Shown: in pieces, positions 25,652 through 37,446 of the stretch | Numbering within the stretch: position 1 is the first letter of the stretch | How the letters are laid out: every line of letters starts with the position of its first letter | NCBI GenBank assembly: GCA_017434185.1 | Contig: JAFRFV010000187.1 | Location: forward strand, 8,035-72,034 | DNA: 64,000 bases | Source of the DNA: Coriobacteriales bacterium | Lineage (GTDB): Bacteria; Actinomycetota; Coriobacteriia; Coriobacteriales; RUG844 | Direction: 5' to 3' | Program-made: the position numbers and the translations under genes | Notes under the pieces: model-generated | Told to the model about the DNA's origin: nothing | Seen by the model: only the letters and a program-made list of their open reading frames with translations | Databases searched by the model: none

Positions 25652-27727
25652 GTGGAAGCTGCGATCAAAGCTGCGGTCGTCTCACTGCTCATCATCGTAC
25701 TGTTGGTAGTGGTGGCGGTTATCGTCAAGACAATCTACGACCGGCAGAAGCCTCTCATGCTGCGCGGTTCGAGGGAATCCGGTCGCAAGAAGGGCATCGG
25801 TGTCGCGCGCACCACCAAGACCCTACCCTCCACACAGAACACCGAGGATGAGGACTTCGGCGAGAAGAAATCCGTCTTCAAGCCCCGCTTCGCCTTCCTC
25901 GAGACTGGTGTCGTGGCCATTCTCGCGACGCTCTTCGTGAAACTCTGGTCGATGCAGCTCATCAATTCCGAATCCTATGCGAAGCGCGCGGATTCCAACC
26001 GCACCACCACCTTCACCACCCGCGCGGTGCGCGGGCGCATCTTCGACCGCAATGGTGTCGAGTTGATCGGCAATCGCATATCACTCGCCGTGGTCGCCGA
26101 TGCGGACGTTGCCAACAACCGCAACGTGGTACATCGTCTCTCCAATGTGCTGGGCATTCCGCGTCAGGCCATCCGCCAGAGCATCCGCGACGAAAGCGAG
26201 GGAGCCCAGGCCAAGCGCGTCGTGGCGACCGATGTCCCCATGCGGGCGGTCGCCTTCATCGAGGAACACCCCGGCATCTTCCCCGGTGTCTCCATCGAAT
26301 CCCGCACCGTGCGCACGTATCCCCAAGGTGATCTCGCCTGCCACGTGTTGGGCTACACCGGTGCCATCAGCGCCGAGCAGCTCGAGGAATCGCAGGTCAC
26401 GGAAGGTATCAGCTACGAGCCTGGCGACATCGTGGGCAAGTCCGGTGTCGAGCTCGCCTTCGAGAGCGTCCTCCAGGGTGTGCGTGGCGTGAACACCGTC
26501 GAGGTGGATGCCAAGGGCAACGTCGTATCCCAGATCGATCAGGTCGCCCCCCAAGCGGGCAAGGACATCCGTCTGACCATCGATGTCGATATCCAGAGAA
26601 CGGCTGAGGAGGCTCTGTACGAGGGACTCCAACGAGCACAGGATGATTACAAGATGTGGGATGCCACCGCTGGCGCTGTCATCTGTTTGGATCTGGAGGA
26701 CGGTGGTGTCCTTGCCATGGCGAGTTACCCCACCTACAGTCCCTCCAAGTTCATCGGCGGCATCACCAGCGAGCTCTGGGAATCCCTCACGAGCCCCGAA
26801 TCCGGCCAGCCCCTCAACAACCGTTGCATCAGCGGTCTCTACCCCGCTGCGTCCACCATCAAGCCTTTCGCGAGCATGACCGCCCTCAAGCACGGTATCG
26901 TCAACGATGGCTCGACATGGGTCTGCAAGGGTGTTTGGACCGAATTGGGCGAACAGTGGGCCAAGAAATGTTGGAGTACGAGCGGCCACGGGCGCATCGA
27001 CCTGCCCAATGCGCTCAGATATTCCTGTGACATCGCCTTCTACAACATCTCACTCAACTTCTATCGCAATCGAGCCGAGGAACCCAATGCCCTGCAGGAT
27101 GGACTCATGGAGTGGGGCTTCGGAAGCAAGACGGGCTTCGAGTTGACCGGTGAGGCCGTCGGGCGCATCCCCACCGCCGCTTGGAAGGCGGCGTACAACG
27201 TGGATACCCCGGAATATGCCACCTGGCTTCCCGGTGATATGGCCAACCTGATCATCGGCCAAGGTGACGTGCTCATCACACCTCTACAGAACGCGGTCGC
27301 CTATTCAGGTATCGCCATCGGCAAGTGCGTGAAACCGCATGTCCTCAAAGAGGTCCTGTCCAGCAAAGGTGAAGTGCTCATCAGCAAGGGCATGGAATAC
27401 TCCCATGAACCCGAATACAACGAGGATGACCTGAGTCTGGTGCGGTACGGTCTCAGATTGGTCGCGCGGGAGAACGGTTACATCCGTGACTTCCCCATAA
27501 CCACCGCCGGTAAGACCGGCACCGCCGAGGTCGCGGGCAAGGACGACTTCGGTTGGTACGTTGGCTACGCACCTGCCGGTGACCCCAAGTACCTGGTCGT
27601 CGCCCTTCTGGAGCAGGCCGGTTTCGGTGGCACCATCTGCCCGCCGGTCGTACGCAAGGTTCTCGCCAAATGTCTTGGGATCGAAGACAACGTCGAGTTC
27701 GGCGCGTACGTGGATGAGTCCAGGTGA
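25652..27727 (+). CDS. mrdA: Penicillin-binding protein 2 (elongasome transpeptidase)
   Basis: Contains an N-terminal TM helix plus the SxxK motif (ASTIKPF) and KTGTAEV. The only start upstream of the TM helix is the GTG at 25652. The track ORF start at 25292 overlaps mreD. Confidence 0.9.
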   Translation: MEAAIKAAVVSLLIIVLLVVVAVIVKTIYDRQKPLMLRGSRESGRKKGIGVARTTKTLPSTQNTEDEDFGEKKSVFKPRFAFLETGVVAILATLFVKLWSMQLINSESYAKRADSNRTTTFTTRAVRGRIFDRNGVELIGNRISLAVVADADVANNRNVVHRLSNVLGIPRQAIRQSIRDESEGAQAKRVVATDVPMRAVAFIEEHPGIFPGVSIESRTVRTYPQGDLACHVLGYTGAISAEQLEESQVTEGISYEPGDIVGKSGVELAFESVLQGVRGVNTVEVDAKGNVVSQIDQVAPQAGKDIRLTIDVDIQRTAEEALYEGLQRAQDDYKMWDATAGAVICLDLEDGGVLAMASYPTYSPSKFIGGITSELWESLTSPESGQPLNNRCISGLYPAASTIKPFASMTALKHGIVNDGSTWVCKGVWTELGEQWAKKCWSTSGHGRIDLPNALRYSCDIAFYNISLNFYRNRAEEPNALQDGLMEWGFGSKTGFELTGEAVGRIPTAAWKAAYNVDTPEYATWLPGDMANLIIGQGDVLITPLQNAVAYSGIAIGKCVKPHVLKEVLSSKGEVLISKGMEYSHEPEYNEDDLSLVRYGLRLVARENGYIRDFPITTAGKTGTAEVAGKDDFGWYVGYAPAGDPKYLVVALLEQAGFGGTICPPVVRKVLAKCLGIEDNVEFGAYVDESR

Positions 27728-28920
27728 TGGCCATGTTCGCATTACCAGGATCGAGCTCGAACAGCCAACGCATCATCAGACAGGAGCGCAAGCCCCTGTT
27801 CTTCCTCAACGTACCCTTCCTGCTCGCCGTCTTCGCCTTGGTGGCCTATGGTCTCATCGTGGTGCACAGCGCCGTCGAAGGCTCGGTCGATTACAGCTTC
27901 AGGCGCCAGGTCACCGGTGTCGTCCTAGGCTTCTGCGTGATGCTGCTGTTCTGGTCCTTCGACTATCGCAAGCTCGCCGGCTACGTGCCCCTGCTCCTGG
28001 GCCTCACCATCCTGCTGCTGCTCTCACCCCATCTTCCCTTCGTGGGCGTCTCGGTCAAGGGAGCGACTTCCTGGGTGAAGATATTCGGCGTGCAGTTCCA
28101 GCCAGGTGAGCCCGCCAAGATCGTCGCCATCCTTTTGATGGCTGCCGTGGTATCAAAGTATCGCGGCTATATCCGCACGGGCCGTGAGTACCTGAAGGTG
28201 CTGGGCATCTGCGCCGTGCCCTTCATCTGCTTCCTCTCCCAACCCGACCTTGGCAGCGGTCTGGTGACCATCGCCATCGCCGCCTGCATCCTGTTCGTGG
28301 GAGGCTCCAACCACAAGTGGTTGCTGCTCACGGTGGCCGCCGGCATCGCCTGCATTGCCCTTGTGCTGTGGATGGACCCCATCCTCGATGCCCACTTCGG
28401 CGAGGATGTGTTCATGAAGGACTACCAGATGAACCGTCTGCTGGTCTTCATCGACCCAGAGCTCGACCCAACCGGTGCGGGATACAATCTCGACCAGGCC
28501 AAGATAGCCATCGGCAGCGGCGGTCTTTTGGGCAAGGGTCTGGGCAATGGCACCCAGTCCACCCTGGGCTTCCTGCCCGAGGCTCCCACGGACTTCATCT
28601 TCTGTGTCATCGGAGAAGAGCTGGGCTTCGTGGGCACCTCCATGCTCCTGCTTCTCTATCTGGCTCTCTTCGTCACCGCCTTCCACATCTCCCTCAAGGC
28701 CAACGACCTCTTCGGTAGCCTCATCGTGATAGGTGTCATCGGTATGTGGGCCTTCCAGGTGCTGGAGAACATCGGCATGTGTTCGGGTCTTATGCCTATC
28801 ACGGGTATCCCGCTTCCATTCATAAGTTACGGTTCGTCATTCATGATCACCAACTTCATGGCACTTGGGCTTATCATGTCCGTGTGGACGCGCAGACCCA
28901 GCGCCATCAAGCGTCAATAG
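27724..28920 (+). CDS. rodA: SEDS-family peptidoglycan polymerase RodA
   Basis: FtsW/RodA/SpoVE-type polytopic protein (QPGEPAKI, GSGGLLGKGLGNGTQ, GLMPITGIPLPFISYGSS). Its start overlaps the mrdA stop. Confidence 0.9.
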   Translation: MMAMFALPGSSSNSQRIIRQERKPLFFLNVPFLLAVFALVAYGLIVVHSAVEGSVDYSFRRQVTGVVLGFCVMLLFWSFDYRKLAGYVPLLLGLTILLLLSPHLPFVGVSVKGATSWVKIFGVQFQPGEPAKIVAILLMAAVVSKYRGYIRTGREYLKVLGICAVPFICFLSQPDLGSGLVTIAIAACILFVGGSNHKWLLLTVAAGIACIALVLWMDPILDAHFGEDVFMKDYQMNRLLVFIDPELDPTGAGYNLDQAKIAIGSGGLLGKGLGNGTQSTLGFLPEAPTDFIFCVIGEELGFVGTSMLLLLYLALFVTAFHISLKANDLFGSLIVIGVIGMWAFQVLENIGMCSGLMPITGIPLPFISYGSSFMITNFMALGLIMSVWTRRPSAIKRQ

Positions 28921-28938
28921 GATCGGACAGGAGGAGAT

Positions 28939-30192
28939 ATGGCATCAGGATCGATCCCCGTCGATATCAAGGATATACTCAACGCCAGCAGCGAGGCGTC
29001 AAAGGCCCAGTCCGAAGCCGTCAAGGTGGATGTCTACGTCGACCTCAGCGCGAGTGAGCAACTCGTTTCCGCCGTCAAGCAGGCCTTCACTCCCCAGGCT
29101 GCCAATGCGTACCTGCACATCGAGGCTTTCGATGACAGCACCGTCGAGCTGCCGCAGATCTCCAGGGACACCGACCTCGTGGTGATCATCGCGGGCACGT
29201 CCATCACCGCCACGCGTCTGGCGAACCATGCGCACAACCTCAAGGTCCCCACGCTCACGGTCGCCATGACCTTATCCGATGCCCTCGCCAATTCCACCGC
29301 CTCCGGCTTCCCGCTGGTGGCGGCTGACACCATCCCCTTCATGCAGGCCAACGAGACCGCCGAGGACGCGGGGGAGGACTTCCTTCCCAATGTGGGCCAG
29401 TGGATCGTCGACCGCTGCAGCGCCAAGCGCCTTGCCTTCGCGAACGCCTTCGCGTTCATCCGCAAGCCGCTTGCTCTGGAGATCACCAAGAATACGAGCT
29501 TCCAGAACGGCGCACTGGGCGCTGTACTGTTCATCCCCGGTGCCGACATGCCGGTGATGACCGCCAACCAGATCAAGATGATCCTGCAGATTGCCGCTGC
29601 GTACGGTCAGAAGATCGGGCTGGAGCGTGCCAAGGAGCTCGCCGTCGTGGTTGGCGGTGGCTTCGCCTTCCGCACCATCGCGCGCGAGTTGGTAGCGCTC
29701 ATCCCGGCCTATGGCTGGGCGGTCAAAGCGGGTGTCGGTTACTCCGGCACCTTCGCCATGGGTCGCGCCGCTATCGAGTACTTCGAGAGTGGTGGCACCG
29801 TTGCGGGCGTTGGAGAGAAGGTCGTCAGCGCCCGGAACAAGGTCATGGAGAAGGCCAGGGAAGCCAAGAGCAGCTACGACGAGCATCGTCAGGAGCGCGC
29901 CAAACTCTCCGCAGCCAGCAAGCAGGAGAAGGCCGAATCCAAGCAGGCGAAGGCCGAATCCAAGCAACAGGCCAAGCAGGAGAAGGCATCGAAGGCCCAG
30001 GACGCCCCCAAGAAGGGTTTCACGTCTCCCGCGCGTCGCCATGCCAAGCGTGTGGTGAGCGAGGATGCACCCCGTAGGTTCCCGCTCAGGGGCTTCCCGC
30101 TGCACCGTGACGGCAAGGCTACGGACGATCCCATCTTGGTCGAGCCCCTTGAAGTCACGACCGTCGACCGTGAAGGCGGAGACCAGGAGTGA
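28939..30192 (+). CDS. Hypothetical protein with a DUF697-like hydrophobic segment and a Lys/Gln/Glu-rich repetitive tail
   Basis: 417 aa. GALGAVLFIPGADMPVMTANQIKMILQIAAAYGQKIG resembles DUF697 (family assigned from memory, not verified). The tail reads KQEKAESKQAKAESKQQAKQEKASK. It lies 18 nt after rodA and its stop overlaps the next gene's start. Confidence 0.6.
   Translation: MASGSIPVDIKDILNASSEASKAQSEAVKVDVYVDLSASEQLVSAVKQAFTPQAANAYLHIEAFDDSTVELPQISRDTDLVVIIAGTSITATRLANHAHNLKVPTLTVAMTLSDALANSTASGFPLVAADTIPFMQANETAEDAGEDFLPNVGQWIVDRCSAKRLAFANAFAFIRKPLALEITKNTSFQNGALGAVLFIPGADMPVMTANQIKMILQIAAAYGQKIGLERAKELAVVVGGGFAFRTIARELVALIPAYGWAVKAGVGYSGTFAMGRAAIEYFESGGTVAGVGEKVVSARNKVMEKAREAKSSYDEHRQERAKLSAASKQEKAESKQAKAESKQQAKQEKASKAQDAPKKGFTSPARRHAKRVVSEDAPRRFPLRGFPLHRDGKATDDPILVEPLEVTTVDREGGDQE
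29928..29969 (+). repeat. 21-bp tandem duplication (x2) inside the CDS
   Basis: GAAGGCCGAATCCAAGCAGGC is followed by GAAGGCCGAATCCAAGCAACA, encoding the KAESKQ repeat. Confidence 0.7.
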
Positions 30193-32045
30193 GCGAGGAG
30201 CTCTGGCAGCGGGTCGAACGCCACCTTCGTCAAGTCGAGAAGCCCAGCCGCTACATAGATCATGAGTTCGGCATCACCGTGAAGGACTCATGGGACTACC
30301 ATGCCGTCATGATCTACCCCGACACCTACGAGATCGGCCAGTCCAACCAGGGTCTGGCCATCATCCGTCAGGTCCTTAACGAGGTGCCCGGCATCTACTG
30401 TGAACGTGGCTACCTGCCCTGGACCGACATGGCGGACATCATGCGTGCCGAGCGCATCCCCCTGTTCTCGTTGGAGACCTACACGCCCATAGCGGATTTC
30501 GACCTGTTGGGTTTCACGCTGCCCCATGAGATGGCCATCAGCAACGTGCTCGAGTGCCTCGACCTCGCACAGTTGCCCCTGCTGGCGAGTGAGCGCGGCG
30601 AGGATGCACCCATCGTGATCGCCGGTGGCCCGTGCACCTACAATCCCGAACCCTTCGTCGACTTCATCGATGCCTTCATGATAGGGGAGGGCGAGGAGCT
30701 CGATCCCGAAGTCGCCATCCTGCATCGCCGTCTGCGCGACGAGGGCAAGAGCAAGCGTGAGATCCTGGAGGCCATGGCGGGTATCGAAGGTGTCTACGTG
30801 CCCAGTCTCTTCGAACGCGTGAGCGACGACTCCTACCAGCTGCGATGCACCGTTCCCGGTCTTCCGGACACGGTGAGGAAGCGCGTGTACGCCCAGTTCG
30901 CCCAGGTACCTCCGGATACCAGCCCCATCGTGCCCTTCGTCGAGGCGACCCATGACCGCCTGAGCATCGAGGTGTTACGCGGTTGCGCCCGCGGTTGTCG
31001 GTTCTGCCAGGCGGGCATGATCTACCGTCCCGTTCGCGAGCGTACGGCGGATCAGGTCGTCGCATCCGTCATCAACGGGCTCGCCTGCACCGGCTACGAC
31101 GAGGTCTCGCTCACGAGCCTCTCCACCACCGACCATTCCCAACTCGAGTCCATCCTGCGCCGGCTCAACAGCCGTCTGGATGGTTCCGGTATCGCCGTCT
31201 CCATTCCCTCGCAGCGCCTGGACGCCTTCGGCGTGGCCATGGCGGAACTGGTGGCCGGTAACAAGAAGGGCGGTCTCACCTTCGCCCCAGAAGCCGGCAC
31301 CCAGCGTCTGCGTGACATCATCAACAAGGGTGTGACCCAGGAGAACCTGGTCAATGCCATCCAGCGTTCCTTCGATGCGGGTTGGCGCCGCGTGAAGCTC
31401 TACTTCATGTGCGGGCTTCCCCTTGAGACCGACGATGATCTGCGAGGCATCGGGCAACTCGCCGGCTTGGCCTACGAGACGGCTCGCGATGCGGTTCCCC
31501 AACGGGATAAGGGCAGCGTCAAGGTGAGTCTCTCATGTGCCGTCTTCGTTCCCAAGACGCATACCCCCTTCCAGTGGTGCGGGCAGATCCCACGGGACGA
31601 AGTGAAGCGTCGCATCAACGTGATCCGCAGCTCGATACCCTATCGCGCCATCGATTTCCGCTGGCATGACCCGGGTACGAGCCTGCTCGAGGCGGTCATC
31701 TCCCGTGGCGATCGAAGCGTGGGCAAGCTCATCAAGCGCGCCTGGGAACTCGGCGCGCGCTTCGACGCGTGGACCGACCAGTTCCACTTCGAGTATTGGG
31801 CGCAGGCGGCACAGGACCTGGGGTACGACCTCCAGGCTATGGCCTCGCGCTCGTATACGGTCGACGAGGTCCTGCCCTGGCAGCACATCGATGCCGGCGT
31901 CACCTGGCGCTATCTCCAGCGCGAATGGGACCGCGCCCAGAAGGGCATCACCACCCCCGATTGCACTTTCCACGGCTGCACCGGCTGCGGTATCTGCCAA
32001 CGCCTTGGCTGCGAGAACGTATTGGCGGGTGAGCGCGATGGCTGA
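30189..32045 (+). CDS. Radical SAM protein with an N-terminal B12-binding-like domain (TIGR03960-like)
   Basis: 618 aa with CARGCRFCQAGMIY (CxxxCxxC) and a C-terminal Cys cluster (CTFHGCTGCGIC). It is paired with a downstream DUF2344-like gene. Confidence 0.8.
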   Translation: MSEELWQRVERHLRQVEKPSRYIDHEFGITVKDSWDYHAVMIYPDTYEIGQSNQGLAIIRQVLNEVPGIYCERGYLPWTDMADIMRAERIPLFSLETYTPIADFDLLGFTLPHEMAISNVLECLDLAQLPLLASERGEDAPIVIAGGPCTYNPEPFVDFIDAFMIGEGEELDPEVAILHRRLRDEGKSKREILEAMAGIEGVYVPSLFERVSDDSYQLRCTVPGLPDTVRKRVYAQFAQVPPDTSPIVPFVEATHDRLSIEVLRGCARGCRFCQAGMIYRPVRERTADQVVASVINGLACTGYDEVSLTSLSTTDHSQLESILRRLNSRLDGSGIAVSIPSQRLDAFGVAMAELVAGNKKGGLTFAPEAGTQRLRDIINKGVTQENLVNAIQRSFDAGWRRVKLYFMCGLPLETDDDLRGIGQLAGLAYETARDAVPQRDKGSVKVSLSCAVFVPKTHTPFQWCGQIPRDEVKRRINVIRSSIPYRAIDFRWHDPGTSLLEAVISRGDRSVGKLIKRAWELGARFDAWTDQFHFEYWAQAAQDLGYDLQAMASRSYTVDEVLPWQHIDAGVTWRYLQREWDRAQKGITTPDCTFHGCTGCGICQRLGCENVLAGERDG

Positions 32046-32739
32046 GGGTCAATTCCGCCTGCGCATCCGCTACTGCAAGAAGGGGCGCCTGTGCCATCTC
32101 TCGCATCTGGAACTCGTGCACGCTCAGGAGCGTATCATCCGTCGTGCCGGGCTGCCCTTCGCCGTGTCGCAGGGTTTCAGTCCCCATATGAAGCTCGCGT
32201 TCGGGCCCGCCATTGGCGTGGGCACCGGTAGTCTCGACGAGTATCTGGATGTCTGGCTCACCCGTTACGTTGACCCGCAGGAAGCCCTCGATGCCCTCCA
32301 TGCGGCACAGGTACCCGACCTCGCGGTGCTCCAGTGCTCCTATGTGGGGGATAAGGACGCCAGTCTCGTGACGGCGCTCACGGTCTCCCAGTATCTGATC
32401 GACCTGTTCCCTGCAGGCGAACAGCCGGATCTGGAAGCGCTTATCCAGAAAGGGCTCGATGATATCCGGGCTGCCGGCAGCATACAGGTGATGAAGAAGA
32501 ACAAGGTCAAGACATACGACCTCTCGCTGTCCACCGTCGAACCCGCGCGCATCATCTACTGCGAGGACGGGGTCTGTCAGATAGAGCTCATGTGCCGCAG
32601 CAGGGACGATGGTTCACTGCGTCCGGAACTGTTCGTTCAGGAACTCTCACGTGTTGCGGGCGTGGAACTTGTGATATCATGCCTCCTGCGCGTCGCCCAG
32701 TACGTTGAGGACCAAGAGGGTCTGCATCGTCTGGTATGA
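32038..32739 (+). CDS. Radical-SAM-linked protein (DUF2344 / TIGR03936-like)
   Basis: Contains RIRYCKKGRLCHLSHLELVHAQERIIRRAGLPFAVSQGFSPHMKLAFGPAIGVG. The ATG at 32038 overlaps the upstream stop by 8 nt. Confidence 0.75.
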   Translation: MAEGQFRLRIRYCKKGRLCHLSHLELVHAQERIIRRAGLPFAVSQGFSPHMKLAFGPAIGVGTGSLDEYLDVWLTRYVDPQEALDALHAAQVPDLAVLQCSYVGDKDASLVTALTVSQYLIDLFPAGEQPDLEALIQKGLDDIRAAGSIQVMKKNKVKTYDLSLSTVEPARIIYCEDGVCQIELMCRSRDDGSLRPELFVQELSRVAGVELVISCLLRVAQYVEDQEGLHRLV

Positions 32740-32879
32740 TCGCGTAAGAAGAAGCGGCAGATGCCATCCTTCACACCAGTGGCTTTCCCTCCCACGGTGA
32801 GAAGGTTGTCGTTCGTCGTCTTTTTCGCACGCTATAGGGATTTTGCCGTTGGGTTTCATCCGTCCGAGTGCTACCCTCG

Positions 32880-32908
32880 TTGACTTGTGGGGTGAGCGCG
32901 TGTAGGAT
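32880..32908 (+). promoter_or_regulatory. Candidate sigma-70-type promoter for rplU-rpmA-obg
   Basis: TTGACT-N17-TAGGAT, about 37 nt upstream of the rplU ATG. Confidence 0.5.
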
Positions 32909-32944
32909 GATGCCCCGCATGCGAATTTGACTGAAGGGTAAACG

Positions 32945-33253
32945 ATGTACGCAATAGTTTCTACGGGTGGCAAGCAATACAAGGTCGAGAAGGGCGATGT
33001 CATCGCCGTCGAGAAGCTCGATGTCGCCGATGGTGAGGAGATCTCCCTGGACGTTCTCTGCATTGCCGATGACGGCAAGGTCGTCGTCGATGCCGATGCT
33101 CTGGCGGCCGCCAAGGTCACCGCTCAGGTCGTCGAGCAGTTCAAGGGCGAGAAGGCTCTCGTCTTCAAGTTCAAGAAGCGCAAGGGTTACAAGAAGCTGC
33201 GCGGTCATCGTCAGCAGCTCACCCGCGTCAAGATCACCGATATCGCCCTCTAG
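32945..33253 (+). CDS. rplU: 50S ribosomal protein L21
   Basis: Begins MYAIVSTGGKQYKVEKGDVI and contains KKRKGYKKLRGHRQ. Confidence 0.95.
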   Translation: MYAIVSTGGKQYKVEKGDVIAVEKLDVADGEEISLDVLCIADDGKVVVDADALAAAKVTAQVVEQFKGEKALVFKFKKRKGYKKLRGHRQQLTRVKITDIAL

Positions 33254-33280
33254 GCGTCAAGACTAAGGTAGGTAGTTGAA

Positions 33281-35016
<1,736 letters not shown>

Positions 35017-35021
35017 GGGTC

Positions 35022-36161
35022 ATGAGCGAGAGTGCGCAGACCTCCAAGTACCGCCGTATCGTGGTGAAGGTTGGCACGAGCACCCTCACGCGCGGTACGG
35101 GACGCATCTCACAGCAGGCGGTGGATGGTCTTGTCGCCCAGATCGCCTGTCTGCGTGAACAGGGGACCCAGGTGCTTCTGGTCACCAGTGGTGCCATCAC
35201 CGCTGGGCTCGAGCGTCTGGGCCTGGAGTCCGCCCGCCCCAGTGACATGCCCAGTCTGCAGGCTGCCGCTGCCATCGGCCAGATCGAGCTCGCCCGCCGC
35301 TACGAGCATTCCGCTTCCTACTACCGTATGCTCATAGGTCAGGTTCTTCTCACCCGCAACGACACCGGTGATCGCCAGGCCTACCTGCATGCTCGTGACA
35401 CTCTGGAACGCCTGCTCGAGATGGGAGCGCTCCCGGTCATCAACGAGAACGACACCGTCTCCGTCGACGAGATCCGCTTTGGTGACAACGATACGCTTGC
35501 TGCCACCATCGCGACCCTGGTAGGTGCGGATCTGGTCATCCTGCTCTCCGACATCAAGGGTCTCTACACCGCGGATCCCCGCAAGCAGGAGGACGCTCGA
35601 TTCCTCGAGCGTGTCGAGGCCTTCACCCAGGATATCGTCGATGCGGCCGGCGGTGCCGGCAGTGTCACGGGTTCCGGTGGCATGGCCACCAAGGTCAACG
35701 CCGCCCGCGTGCTCATGCGTGCCGGTATCCCCATGGTCATCTGCGAAGGGGATCGCCCCAACGCCATCCTGGACATCGCCGCCGGCCGCTCTATCGGGAC
35801 GCTCTTCTCCCAGCAGGAGGGGTCCGACGTCGCTTCCGCCAAGAAGCTCTGGATCGCCCTTGGCAACAAGGCGCAGGGCAGTCTGGTGATCGATCAAGGC
35901 GCGGTCACCGCCCTTACCAAGAAGGGCTCGAGCCTCCTGCCCGTAGGTGTGAGTCGAGTGGAAGGTTCCTTCGAATCCGGCGATGTGGTCAATGTGGTGG
36001 ATGATAAGGGCCGCTTGGTCGCGCGTGGATTGGTGCGCTTCGACTGCGCTGAAGCGCAAGCTACGGCGGGCTGTAACAGCAGTCAGCTCCAGCAGGATGC
36101 CGGACTGTCGCATCTGGCTGGCAAGGATATCATCCATCGCGACGAGATGATCGTCTTCTAG
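35022..36161 (+). CDS. proB: Glutamate 5-kinase (with PUA domain)
   Basis: Contains IVVKVGTSTLT, VTSGAI and INENDTV, and ends in a C-terminal PUA region. Confidence 0.95.
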   Translation: MSESAQTSKYRRIVVKVGTSTLTRGTGRISQQAVDGLVAQIACLREQGTQVLLVTSGAITAGLERLGLESARPSDMPSLQAAAAIGQIELARRYEHSASYYRMLIGQVLLTRNDTGDRQAYLHARDTLERLLEMGALPVINENDTVSVDEIRFGDNDTLAATIATLVGADLVILLSDIKGLYTADPRKQEDARFLERVEAFTQDIVDAAGGAGSVTGSGGMATKVNAARVLMRAGIPMVICEGDRPNAILDIAAGRSIGTLFSQQEGSDVASAKKLWIALGNKAQGSLVIDQGAVTALTKKGSSLLPVGVSRVEGSFESGDVVNVVDDKGRLVARGLVRFDCAEAQATAGCNSSQLQQDAGLSHLAGKDIIHRDEMIVF

Positions 36162-36180
36162 CTGCGGGAAAGGAGCAGTC

Positions 36181-37446
36181 ATGGAGCAGATGAGCGAGGT
36201 CATGAGGATCGCCCTCCAAGCCCGGGAGGCTGCCAAGGGGCTGGGGCTTCTGAGCGGCGCCCAGCGTGATGCCATTCTGCTCGCGATGGCGGATGCGCTC
36301 GAGACGCAGCAGGAGCGGCTGCTCTCCGCGAATGCGCAGGACATGGAAGCAGCCCGTGCCAAGGGAACGCCGGCGCCGTTGCTCGACCGTCTCATGCTGG
36401 ATGCCAAGCGCATCGCCGGTATCGCCAACGCGTTGCGTGACCTGGCCGCATTGTCCGATCCCCTTGCCGGCGTTCTTGAGGAGCGCGTGCTCTACAACGG
36501 TATCAAGCTGCGCAAGGTCCCGGTTCCGCTGGGAGTCGTGGGCATGATCTACGAGGCCCGTCCCAATGTGACCGCCGACGCGGCCGGACTGTGCATCAAG
36601 ACCGGTAACGCCTGCATCCTGCGTGGTGGTAGCCTCGCTCTGCGTTCCAATCTGAGCATGGCGAAGGTGCTCGAGGACGCCGCCGTCGCTGCGGGCGCCC
36701 CCGTGAACTGCATCCAGGCGATCTCCGATCCCAGCCATGCGGCCACCGATGAGCTCATGACCCTGCACGGTCTCGTCGACGTGCTCATCCCGCGTGGCGG
36801 CGCGGGTCTCATCCAGCACTGCGTGATGAATTCCAAGGTGCCCGTCATCGAGACCGGTGTGGGCAACTGCCACACCTATGTGCACGCGAGTGCTGATCAG
36901 GACATGGCGTTGTCCATCATCCGCAATGCGAAATGCTCGCGACCCGGCGTTTGCAACGCCTGCGAGAGCGTGCTCGTGGATGAGGCCATCGCCGGTGCCT
37001 TCCTACCGCGGCTCATCGACATGCTGCTCGCGCAGGGCGTCGTGATCCACGGTGATGAGCGTGTGATCGCCGCAGCTGGTGACGCGGCGAATCGCATCAT
37101 TCCCGCAACCACCGATGACTGGGCACGGGAGTACCTCGACCTCGAGATCTCCATCCACGTGATCGCTGGAATCCAGGAGGCCATCGATCACGTGAACCGC
37201 TACGGGACCAAGCACAGCGAATGCATCGTCGCAGCCGATCAGGCGGCTTGCGAAGCCTTCCTGACCCAAATCGATGCAGCTGCGGTCTACGCCAATTGCT
37301 CCACTCGTTTCACTGATGGCGGGGAGTTCGGCCTTGGTGCCGAGATAGGCATCTCCACCCAGAAGCTGCATGCCCGTGGCCCCATGGGTCTTCAAGCGAT
37401 GACCAGCTACAAGTACCAGCTGCAAGGCGAGGGGCAGATACGTTGA
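36181..37446 (+). CDS. proA: Glutamate-5-semialdehyde dehydrogenase
   Basis: Contains YEARPNVT, NACILRGG, CNACESVLV and HSECIV motifs. Confidence 0.95.
   Translation: MEQMSEVMRIALQAREAAKGLGLLSGAQRDAILLAMADALETQQERLLSANAQDMEAARAKGTPAPLLDRLMLDAKRIAGIANALRDLAALSDPLAGVLEERVLYNGIKLRKVPVPLGVVGMIYEARPNVTADAAGLCIKTGNACILRGGSLALRSNLSMAKVLEDAAVAAGAPVNCIQAISDPSHAATDELMTLHGLVDVLIPRGGAGLIQHCVMNSKVPVIETGVGNCHTYVHASADQDMALSIIRNAKCSRPGVCNACESVLVDEAIAGAFLPRLIDMLLAQGVVIHGDERVIAAAGDAANRIIPATTDDWAREYLDLEISIHVIAGIQEAIDHVNRYGTKHSECIVAADQAACEAFLTQIDAAAVYANCSTRFTDGGEFGLGAEIGISTQKLHARGPMGLQAMTSYKYQLQGEGQIR

Noticed and set aside
32740-32944. Possible ribosomal-protein (L21) leader RNA in the 205-nt gap before rplU.
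   Set aside because: I could identify a plausible promoter but no convincing conserved structure by eye. A covariance-model scan would be needed before calling one.
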